DNA of 14,754 nt from Prasinococcaceae sp. CCMP 1430. Its lineage: Eukaryota > Plantae > Prasinodermophyta. Shown in pieces: positions 1-7,668 of this stretch. Position 1 is the stretch's first letter. Each line of letters opens with the position of its first letter. The stretch covers positions 46,921-61,674 of the forward strand of contig RQSC01001104.1 of the NCBI GenBank assembly GCA_013416795.1, given 5' to 3'. The notes beneath the pieces were generated by a model. The model saw only the letters and a program-made list of their open reading frames with translations. It was not told the DNA's origin and ran no database searches. Both the position numbers and the translations under genes were made by a program.

Positions 1-283
1 GGCGCATCCGCGAGCCGCCGCCGGCGACTGGATAAGCCGGCGGCGCATATGAGCCGCGCGCTGCGCGCAGTCGGGCCCATTGCCGCGCGCGCCCGCTCGC
101 GGGCCTCGGTTGACCGCCGGCCGGCGCTGGCTGGCCGGGACGCGGTCACGGCACTCGCTGGTGTCGGATCAAAGCCTCGGTCAGCCCACCTCGGGCAGTG
201 CCGCCCCCGTCCGTGCATTCGCCGCCTTATCCAGTCAGAGCCTCCACCAACCAAATGTGTAGACCTCCGCCTCCCGCCCGTCG

Positions 284-303
284 TCGGTCGGTCGGTCGGT
301 CGG
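284..303. repeat. (TCGG)5 tetranucleotide microsatellite
   Basis: Five perfect TCGG units read directly from the sequence. Confidence 0.95.
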
Positions 304-1170
304 TGCCTTCTCTCTGACTGATGAGTGCGTTGGTTGGCAGTCTCCTCGGTCTGGCAGGGATGCATACCAGGGATTGTTGGCCTGCCCTCGGTATCAATTC
401 CGGGGCGCCGCTCCGTCAGTCCGAGGCCTCGCCACCTGGCTGGTGGGAGTACAGTAGGGTTTCTTCGGCCTGGTTGTACGTGGGGTTTACCGGACATGAA
501 ATGGAAATGAAAAACACTTGCGCCAATTTACCGGCAGACTGGCAGCGTATTTGATATGTTCTGAGCTCGGAGTGTGGCTAATTTCAATTCCGGTCGGCGC
601 CCGCCCGGGGTGCTTCTTCGCTGGGGTGCGCTCTGTGTGGAGCGCTCGCGTCGGAGGCGCGAGGCGCGCGCCTCGGGGAACCGCGCGGTGACCGGCCGGC
701 GCCGCCGCTGCCGCACAGGGCGCGCGCGCAATCTTTTTCGCGCGCAGCGCGCAGCGCCTGCTCCAGCGGCGCGCGGGCGGCGCGTAGGCGCCGCACACCG
801 AGCCGGCGGGCGGAACTCCCTCGTTCCCCGAGCGCGCAACGGTGCGCGGCCTACGCGCATCCGCGCACAACGCGAGCTTTATGTGGCCAAAAGTTGGTCG
901 CGACAGCTTTTGTCGTAGCGTGGCAGCTGCACGCGGGCTGCGCCGCGTCCGCCTACACCACTGCTGGCTTTGGTTGGTTGGGACTTGCTTGTGTCGTCCC
1001 AGCCAGTCGCGCAGCAAAGTGCAATACCAAGTGGTACGCCGCTCCACTCTGCCTCTCTGGGTGGCTGGCCGTCGCGCGCGCCTCAGGCATGCTCGTGGGT
1101 GGGTGGCCGCTGGCTGGACCCAGAGTCTGAGCCACACATGGCCCGGATATGGCCATTTGTCGGTGGGCGA

Positions 1171-1194
1171 CCAACCAACCAACCAACCAACCAA
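1171..1194. repeat. (CCAA)6 tetranucleotide microsatellite
   Basis: Six perfect CCAA units read directly from the sequence. Confidence 0.95.
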
Positions 1195-1921
1195 CGAATC
1201 AGCGCCCGCGACTGAAGCTGTGCCTCGTGCGTGAGCGCTTCCCCTTGCACGTCGCTGCCAGCCAGTGCAGCGCACGCCCTTTGTTCGTTCGTCCAGCGAG
1301 AGCATGCCAGGACGGTGGGGACTGGCTGGGGCGTCCCTGCCTTCGGTCAGTCTGTCCGTGATTTTCGCGTGGGCCTCTGGCTGGACGAGACCCACACGGC
1401 GCTAGCTACAGTAGGCACAGCGCTCGCGTGCGTGGAGCAGAGGCAGAGTGCACCGGCCGGAGCACGCGGCCAAGTCCAACGACCGACCCCGCGGCTAACT
1501 AAATCTGCCAAGAGACAGGTCCTGACTGGCTGACTGAGCTAATCAATCCAGCGGCGGGGCCACGACCTGCCTGTGCCCCGCAGCGGCCGGACTGACTGAT
1601 GAAGGCCGAAAGACTTTCTTGGAGAAAGGGTCGTGTGCTTGTTGTTAACAGGCATCGTTGCCCGACCCACCGAGAGCGCGCTTACGAGCAGGGCATGCGG
1701 GGAAGATTCGTCCGAAGTCCCTGGTTCCCAACGATGGGGCCGTATCTGGCGCGCAGGGACCTGGTCTCCCGGTACACATATCCCTGGTTGAATTGGAGCT
1801 GGTGGTCACGACTCCCGGGCCTGCCTTGACTCGTTCGAAAAGGGTGCTGCGCGGCCGGCCGGCCGGGGAACTGCGCCAACTCCTGCGCCGCGACGTTGGC
1901 GGGCGGCGAAGGCGGCAGGGC

Positions 1922-1967
1922 AAGGAGGGGGGAGGAGGGGGGGGGGAAGGGGAGAGGGGGAGGGAGG
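1922..1967 (+). repeat. 46-nt uninterrupted purine (G/A) tract, potential G-quadruplex or triplex former
   Basis: Only A and G occur from 1922 to 1967, with several runs of 3 or more G. It lies ~200 nt upstream of the ATG at 2173. Structure formation is inferred. Confidence 0.8.
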
Positions 1968-2172
1968 TGAGCGCCACAGCGCGCGCCCAGTCCACCCCTT
2001 TCCCCCATCCCTGCCCGCGTGCCGCGCGTCCGTGGCGGCGCGGCGCGGCCAGGGCGCGGCCAGGGGTCGTAGCAGGCTGCTGGCTCAGAGGTGGCGCGCC
2101 GAGTTGCGCCGGGGCCTGCGGCAGCGCGCGGCGCGGAAGGCCCAGGCACACGGCGTGACACCTCGTGCGGGG

Positions 2173-3705
2173 ATGGTGCCGCAGGCGCACACGTCAACGG
2201 CAGGTGCTGCTGCGGCGGCAGTGGCTGCGACCGCCGGCCTGCTTGGCTCGCCGCTGACTTCCGGAGCCACGGAGGCGGTTCCGGATGGTGTGCCGGCCAG
2301 CCCTGCAACCGGTGAGGCATCCCCCTCCGCGCTTCTCCGCGCTGCGGAGGCGGCAGGCGTGCCGCTTGCTGACGTCCTCAACGGCACTAACGACTGGTTC
2401 AACGTGCCACCGCCGGTGCGCGCGGCGGTAGCGTCGCTCCTCGACGCCCACGCTGCGCAGGCTGCCGAGGTGGCAGCGCTCAGGGCAGTGGTGATGCCCC
2501 TCGTGGAGAGCGTGAATGCGACGCGCGCAGCATCAGATCGTGCCGCTGCGGAAGCCACCGCGGCCCATGCGGCCGCGAGCCGACATGACTTGCTCCTCGA
2601 GAAGCACGCACAGCAGATGGTGCGGCTGTCGGGCTCGGTCGGTGCAGTCGACGCGCACGCGCTCAATCTGTCACAGGTGGCAATGCGTGTGCAGGAGCTC
2701 GCCATGACACAGACTCCCCCGGCCTCGCCAGGCGAGTACGCCCGCTCGTCTGAGGGCGCCCACACGTCCACCCCGATTCGCAAGGTCAAGGAGATGATTG
2801 CTGAGCACGTGGTGCGCGCCACGCACGCGGCGGATCTCGCGATAGAGCCGCTGGAGAGGCGCACGGAGGCGCTGGAGGCGGCAGTGGCTGCCCTGCGCTC
2901 CGCGGGCGATGGTGCCAGTGGCGGGCGCGGCTCGTTTGGAGCATCCACGGGCGCGTTACACGATGCCCGCGCCGCACAGGAGGCCGCAGCGAGGGCTGAG
3001 GCGGCTGCAGAGCGCGCGCAGGCTGCGGCAAACGCGGCGGTGTCGTTGTCGCCATCCATGGGCTCTGGAGATGCCAGTGCCAGCAACATTGAGGCCAGGC
3101 TTTCTGCGGTGGAGGCGGCGGTTGCGACTCTACGCACAGAGGCCTCTGGCGCAAGAATTGGGACGGCGGGTGTAGACGCGCTCCCCGCAGCGGGGCTCGA
3201 GCGGCGGATTGCAGAAGTCGAAATTAGCTCGCTGCGGCGCGACGAGCGTGAGAACGGCCGCTTCTCGCAGTTGCTAAACCAGTTCGAGGGATTCATGAAC
3301 GACAAGGTGAGCAAGGCCGAATTTGAGATGGAACTCACCCTGCTCAACGCCAAACTCGAGGCGAAGCTCGACGGCGAGGTTTTCAAGCGCCACCGCATGG
3401 ACTCGCTCGCTGGCACGCCGCCTCTGTCGTCTCAGCAGAGCCCAATCAAGCTCACGGCACCGCCTCCGCCGGGAGATGATATGTCAGAGCGGATTGCGGA
3501 GGCGCTGCGCACAGCTGCAAGCGTCACGGCGACACCATCCTCGTCTCCTGGGCAAGGTGTGGCACAAAATAGGCTCGACGGTCGTCGGCCGAACTCGGGT
3601 GGCAAGCAGCGCGCAGCCGTCGATGCCGCGTCCGCGGCGGCTAATGGACGTACGCCGACGAGCAGGCTGCGAGGGATCGGCATCTTCTCCCCCCTGAGGC
3701 AGTAG
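2173..3705 (+). CDS. Hypothetical Ala-rich coiled-coil protein (~510 aa, no intron evident)
   Basis: Long ORF; the first in-frame ATG is 2173 and the stop is TAG at 3703-3705. It has several heptad-like segments (IEPLERRTEALEAAVAALR, IEARLSAVEAAVATLR, LERRIAEVE, MNDKVSKAEFEMELTLLNAKLEAKLD) and low-complexity Pro/Ser ends. No family was recognised with confidence, and the start codon is uncertain. Confidence 0.75.
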   Translation: MVPQAHTSTAGAAAAAVAATAGLLGSPLTSGATEAVPDGVPASPATGEASPSALLRAAEAAGVPLADVLNGTNDWFNVPPPVRAAVASLLDAHAAQAAEVAALRAVVMPLVESVNATRAASDRAAAEATAAHAAASRHDLLLEKHAQQMVRLSGSVGAVDAHALNLSQVAMRVQELAMTQTPPASPGEYARSSEGAHTSTPIRKVKEMIAEHVVRATHAADLAIEPLERRTEALEAAVAALRSAGDGASGGRGSFGASTGALHDARAAQEAAARAEAAAERAQAAANAAVSLSPSMGSGDASASNIEARLSAVEAAVATLRTEASGARIGTAGVDALPAAGLERRIAEVEISSLRRDERENGRFSQLLNQFEGFMNDKVSKAEFEMELTLLNAKLEAKLDGEVFKRHRMDSLAGTPPLSSQQSPIKLTAPPPPGDDMSERIAEALRTAASVTATPSSSPGQGVAQNRLDGRRPNSGGKQRAAVDAASAAANGRTPTSRLRGIGIFSPLRQ

Positions 3706-3838
3706 TGTGGTCGCTGGACTGATCAAGTGGGCGCGCGTGTCCTGTACATACATGTCTTAGAGAGGAAAGTGGCAAATTTGCACTCGCGCGCGCGCCTGTC
3801 ACACCGAGTCAGGCGCACCGAGGCTACGTGCGGTGCAG

Positions 3839-4778
3839 TCACACATTGGCGCCGTCGGTTCGCCATTCAACGTAGCTGGTGTGGCGCGGGGGCGCGGGCG
3901 CATGAGGGTGTGGTTGTGTAGCAAGACGGGTGTCAGCACGCGCACGTAAAAACGGACGGGCGCGGGGCGGGGCGACGCGGCTCATCCTTGTCGCAGCGCA
4001 GACACACTTGTCGAAGATGAGCGGCCAGCTGCTACTCTCGTCGTAGTTGGAGCAATCGGGCTCGATCTCCTCGCAGAAGCGCCCGAAGCTCAGCCACTCG
4101 TCTCGGCGGAAGCACTTGTTTTCGGTCTGGACACCGAGGAATTCGATGAACGGCGCGAGGTGTGGGCAGTCTGCTGGCATGACCACCGCAAGCATCTGCG
4201 CTGCTGTGTCCAAGTCAAGGATCTTCTGGTTTGGCTCGGTCAAGCAGTAGTTGAATCCGAACTGATGTGTATGTGGATTTGGGGTGCGAGAGGGGCACGC
4301 AACGCACGTTGGTGGGCATTGTCAGCGCGACGCTCGTACACGGGCATGCGCGCTTTCATGCAGCACCTGCGGTTCCTGCGCGCACCTCATAGAAGCGGTT
4401 GAAAGCATCTCGGTCATAGATGGACCTCTCAAGCCTCGGCAGGGCCTTCTTGAGCTGCGCAACGCTCTCCGCGTGGAGTTCAGCAAAGCCGCGCCGCCAC
4501 TCCGGACGCGAAAAGTACCCCATGTGCTCGCAGCGCATCGTCCAGCACAGCAGCAGCACGGTCTGGGACGCTGGTGACACGCCTAGGGCCTCGCAAAACC
4601 TCTCCACGCCCTCGGGACCAATGCGGTCAGCATCCTCCGGCGTCGCGTCTGCGCTGAGCGGACCGCGGAAGTCGTCGAAGAGAGTGTCCACAGCACTCGT
4701 CGCACCCGCTGTCTTGCTCCGTTTCGATGCGCTGCCGCCACCTCCGCCGGAGTGCCTCCGGCGCGTGACTTGCACCAT
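3839..4778 (-). CDS. DCN1: DCN1-like protein (cullin-binding PONY domain, neddylation co-E3), 227 aa; exons 4778-4386, 4261-4008, 3875-3839
   Basis: The spliced product has the family motifs IGPEGVERFCEALGV, LLLCWTM...MGYFSRPEW..G, FYEFGFNYCL, QKILDLDTA and YDESSSWPLIFDNYVEW. Both GT-AG introns keep the frame and contain a GCTGACA branch motif with no AG between it and the acceptor. The basic N-terminus and lack of a UBA domain fit the DCUN1D4/5-like subtype. Confidence 0.93.
3876..4007 (-). other. Spliceosomal intron 2 of the DCN1-like gene (132 nt, phase 2)
   Basis: GTGTGT...CACCAG, with branch motif GCTGACA at 3937-3931. Splicing joins WPLIFD-N-YVEW. Confidence 0.88.
4262..4385 (-). other. 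Spliceosomal intron 1 of the DCN1-like gene (124 nt, phase 0)
   Basis: GTGCGC...CATCAG, with branch motif GCTGACA at 4326-4320. Splicing joins RFYE-FGFNYC. Confidence 0.9.
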
Positions 4779-5486
4779 GTGTCGCGAGAGCCAGACCAGG
4801 ATTGAGGAGACCAGGGCCCCCACGGTTGCTACGGGCGCACGATCCGCGCCCCTTTCGAGCACGTGCACGAGGCCAGGGCCGCCGCCACGGCCCTGCTATG
4901 ATTCGTCCCTGCACTCCTTCCCCGCGAGTACCTTTTGCGCGCACAGCCGGCCCGCTCGAGTCGAGCGCGCGAGCGCGCACTTGGCAGCCGCGCGCGGGCG
5001 GTGCCCCCGTTGACAGCCCGTCCACTCAAGCGCTTGCACGTGGGCCCCGACCAGCGTCGCCGCAGCAACCGCCACTGCTGGCGTGCGCTGTGGCACCAGT
5101 GGGCGCACTCGCGGACCCGCCTCCGAGTGCCGAATGGTCCATTTGGCATCCGGAGTATTCGTCTCTGCACAGTTTGATGATACGATGATGAACGGAAGCT
5201 GCGTCGTTGCGGCAGTTGGTTTTTGCCGCGGCGGCGGTGCGGCGCCACACGTGCTGCGTGCCGCTGCGCGCCCGCGCCGCTCCCGCGTTCCTCCCCCCAC
5301 GTGCAGGTAGTTGACGCGGCGGGGGTCGCGGTTGGGTAGCCTGGGGGGAAGTGCGGGGGGGTGTAGGGCGAGCGGCGGGGAGCAGGGGTAGCGTGCGGCG
5401 TTGTGTCGCGTGAGGCTGAGGGGCCTTTTTGCGGCGCGGAGCGTTGCAGGGCGCACGGCGGACAGCGGCGTGCTCGAGAGAGTGAG
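4779..5486. promoter_or_regulatory. Divergent (likely bidirectional promoter) region between the DCN1-like gene and RABGGTB
   Basis: Lies between head-to-head start codons. It has an AT-richer core at ~5121-5230 and a G-rich tract at ~5320-5395. Promoter function is inferred from position only. Confidence 0.55.
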
Positions 5487-6539
5487 ATGGAGGCACCCGC
5501 TGGCGCGGAGGGTGGTTCTCCGGCGGCCCCGACAGTGCTGAAGGTGTCCATTCCCGTGCGCTCGACCCTGCTGGTGGACAAGCATCGCGCGTACGTCAAG
5601 TCGCTTGAGTCGGAGCGTGGCTTTGAGTACTACGTGAGCGAGCATCTGCGCATGTCGGGCATCTACTGGGGCCTGTGCGCGATGGCGACGATGGGAGACG
5701 ACGCGCTCGCTGAGATGGATCGCGACGGCATCGCAATTTGGCTCAAGCGATGCCAGCATGCATGCGGCGGCTTTGGCGGCGACGAAGGCCATGATCCGCA
5801 CCTGTTGTACACGCTCAGTGCCGTGCAGATCATGTGTATCCTGGACAGGCTCGACGAGCTCGACGCGGACAGGATTGCAACGTTCGTCGCGGGACTGCAG
5901 CGGCCAGACGGGTCGTTTGTTGGGGACTGCTGGGGGGAGGTGGACACTCGCTTCACATATTGCGCCCTGAGCTGCCTGAGCCTGCTGGGCAAGCTGGAAG
6001 CTGGTTTGATTGACGTCGAGGCGGCCACGGACTTCGTGGGCCGGTGTCGCAACTTTGATGGCGGTTTCGGGGTCACTCCAGGCGGCGAGAGCCACGCCGG
6101 ACAGATCTTCACGGCAGTGGGTGCGCTCGCAATCGGAGGGGCCTTGCACCACGTCGAGCCGGATGTGTTGGGCTGGTGGCTGTGCGAGCGGCAAACGCCA
6201 GGCGGCGGGCTCAACGGGCGCCCGGAGAAGCTGCCAGACGTGTGCTACAGCTGGTGGGTACTTTCGGCGCTCGCCGTGCTCGGAAGGCTCGAGTGGATCG
6301 ATCGGCAAGCGCTCTCGACATTCATATTGAATTGCCAGGACGAGCACGGCGGTGGTATCTCCGATAGGCCCGAGGATCAAGTGGACGTGTACCACACCTT
6401 CTTCGGTGTCGCGGGCCTGAGCCTCATGGGCTATGAGGGGCTCAAGCCCATTGACCCCATGTATGCTCTGCCGGTGGATGTCGTGGAGAGGGTGTTCGAA
6501 GGACGACCGAAGACGTACCCGGCGCAAACGCCAGCGTGA
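5487..6539 (+). CDS. RABGGTB: Rab geranylgeranyltransferase (GGTase II) beta subunit, 350 aa, intronless
   Basis: Diagnostic segments EHLRMSGIYWGL, HDPHLLYTLSAVQI, GEVDTRFTYCALSCL, NFDGGFG..PGGESHAGQIF, WWLCERQ...GGLNGRPEKLPDVCYSWWVLS and ISDRPEDQVDVYHTFFGVAGLSL. The Zn ligands (D and C in DVC, H in YH) are intact. Confidence 0.97.
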   Translation: MEAPAGAEGGSPAAPTVLKVSIPVRSTLLVDKHRAYVKSLESERGFEYYVSEHLRMSGIYWGLCAMATMGDDALAEMDRDGIAIWLKRCQHACGGFGGDEGHDPHLLYTLSAVQIMCILDRLDELDADRIATFVAGLQRPDGSFVGDCWGEVDTRFTYCALSCLSLLGKLEAGLIDVEAATDFVGRCRNFDGGFGVTPGGESHAGQIFTAVGALAIGGALHHVEPDVLGWWLCERQTPGGGLNGRPEKLPDVCYSWWVLSALAVLGRLEWIDRQALSTFILNCQDEHGGGISDRPEDQVDVYHTFFGVAGLSLMGYEGLKPIDPMYALPVDVVERVFEGRPKTYPAQTPA

Positions 6540-6545
6540 GTAAAT

Positions 6546-6550
6546 TTACA
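6546..6550 (-). promoter_or_regulatory. Candidate UGUAA polyadenylation signal for the PLA2-like gene
   Basis: TGTAA on the minus strand, 15 nt after the stop codon. UGUAA is the established chlorophyte near-upstream poly(A) element. Its use here is inferred. Confidence 0.5.
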
Positions 6551-6565
6551 GACGCACGGTTGGCG

Positions 6566-7300
6566 TCAGAGCTCATCGTGCAGATCAGGGTCCTCGCTGA
6601 GGTCCTCGGCGGACAGTGTTCTTGTCGGCGGCGGTGGTGTTGCTGGCGGACCGGGCTCGTCGGAGCTCGGGATGCCCTCGTCCAGCTCCTCTTCGTCTTC
6701 CATACCTACGCCCGTAGCGGCTCCCTCCTTGTCAACTTGCGCTCCCTGTTGAGGCTGCGCTTGCCCCAACATCACGTGTTCCTCGATTTCATCGCGGGCC
6801 CCTCCTCCTTCACCGCACGCGCACGTCGCGTGCTGCGACTCTTGGTAAGCGTCACATCCGCTGTCTGCGACCACCAGCGCGTACTCAGCGGCGTCCGCCT
6901 TGCACGCGCGCTTCTTATGCCCCGGCAGCACGCGTGTGCACAGCTTGGTGAGACACTGCGAGAGTTTGCGATCGCAGGCACTCCTGTCGCTGCCGCAAAC
7001 GCCGTAGCACTGCCCGTGGTCCTCGCAGCAGCGGTCAAACGAGTACGGCGACAGCACGCCGGCGCTGCCCCCTTGGGACGCGCCACCCTCGCCGGCCACG
7101 CCGAGGCATCGCACCCGCGCGGCATCGCCGCGCTCCCCGGCCACGCGCGGCACTGGCCGTGAGCCATCCGCGCACTCCCATGTGCATGCCCCGCCTCCCG
7201 TCGCCCCCGCGCCCGCCCCCCTGAGGACGGCCGCGCCCGCCATCAGCGTCAGCGCAACGGCGGCGGCCCGCGCCGGGCGGCCGATCCTCTCCCCCACCAT
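6566..7300 (-). CDS. PLA2G12: Group XII-like secretory-type phospholipase A2 homologue (244 aa) with signal peptide, acidic tail and C-terminal HDEL; probably catalytically impaired
   Basis: N-terminal hydrophobic stretch (AAAVALTLMAGAAVL). CTWECADGSRPVPR matches the group XII C-x3-C-x-DG-x2-P-x-PR motif. CCEDHGQCYGVCG, ACD and GCDAYQESQHATCAC are also present, giving 14 Cys in the domain. The protein ends ...DLHDEL-stop. An alternative start is possible at 7243. Confidence 0.88.
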   Translation of the reverse strand: MVGERIGRPARAAAVALTLMAGAAVLRGAGAGATGGGACTWECADGSRPVPRVAGERGDAARVRCLGVAGEGGASQGGSAGVLSPYSFDRCCEDHGQCYGVCGSDRSACDRKLSQCLTKLCTRVLPGHKKRACKADAAEYALVVADSGCDAYQESQHATCACGEGGGARDEIEEHVMLGQAQPQQGAQVDKEGAATGVGMEDEEELDEGIPSSDEPGPPATPPPPTRTLSAEDLSEDPDLHDEL

Positions 7301-7668
7301 CGCCGCTCCCGCAGCCTCGGAGGCAACCTCAGGCCCACCCTCAACAGCCTCCCCACCCCCACACACCCAATCCCCCTCCGCCGCCGCCGCCGCCGCCGCG
7401 TGTGGCTGCCCGCAGTGGCGGGCGCAGCCACGCACACCGCCCCCGGGCAGTCTCGGGTTCCCCGCATGCCATACGTGTGTATTTTCCAACCAACGTCGCG
7501 TGACAACAGACGTTCGTACAGAACAGTCGTGCGTATTGGATTCGTGCAACGTTGTCGGTGCAGGGCGCCAGCGGGGCGCCAGCGGGGTGGCAGTGCGCGC
7601 GCCCTGCGGGCGCGCACAGGGCCGCCGGCGTGGCGAGGGCGGGCAGAGGTGGCAGAGGGGCGCCTGCG
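7301..7668. promoter_or_regulatory. Divergent region between the PLA2-like gene and the histidine kinase
   Basis: Lies between head-to-head starts, with an AT-richer core at ~7470-7560. Function is inferred from position. Confidence 0.5.
7378..7398. repeat. (CCG)7 trinucleotide repeat
   Basis: Seven perfect CCG units upstream of the PLA2-like ATG. Confidence 0.9.

Noticed and set aside
660-675. 16-bp palindrome CGAGGCGCGCGCCTCG
   Set aside because: It is largely built on a (GC)n core, which is self-complementary by default in this composition.
736-743. E2F-like TTTCGCGC sites (also at 12192-12199)
   Set aside because: CGCG runs are extremely common in this DNA, so the matches carry little information.
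1596-1632. Hammerhead-ribozyme-like order CUGAUGA-AGGCC-GAAA-hairpin(CTTTCT/AGAAAG)-GUC
   Set aside because: Stem II cannot form (A..C closing pair), the base of stem III has G-G and A-G mismatches, and the sequence after GUC does not pair with that before CUGAUGA, so there is no stem I. A second CTGATGA at 318-324 has no GAAA partner.
1682-1800. GYVYR...RTNLP resembling ribosomal protein eL33/L35a or eL15
   Set aside because: Motif spacing and the intervening residues do not match either family.
1922-1975. Purine tract followed by TG as a retrotransposon PPT/LTR boundary
   Set aside because: There is no LTR pair, primer-binding site or gag/pol remnant, and similar G-rich tracts precede the other genes.
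5175-5191. Box C-like TGATGA words suggesting a C/D snoRNA
   Set aside because: No CTGA box D lies within snoRNA distance downstream (the next is at ~5414), and there is no terminal stem.
5134-5315. Small spliced uORF (MVHLASGV...FCRGGGS) using a GT-AG segment at ~5237-5307
   Set aside because: There is no CTRAC branch motif, unlike the supported introns, and no recognisable product.
4896-6527. 543-aa antisense ORF over RABGGTB (similarly 2085-3416, 8613-9263, 10009-10617, 10744-11709, 4420-5013 and others)
   Set aside because: These are shadow ORFs expected opposite real genes in very GC-rich DNA. They have no motifs, and the opposite strand carries the recognisable protein.
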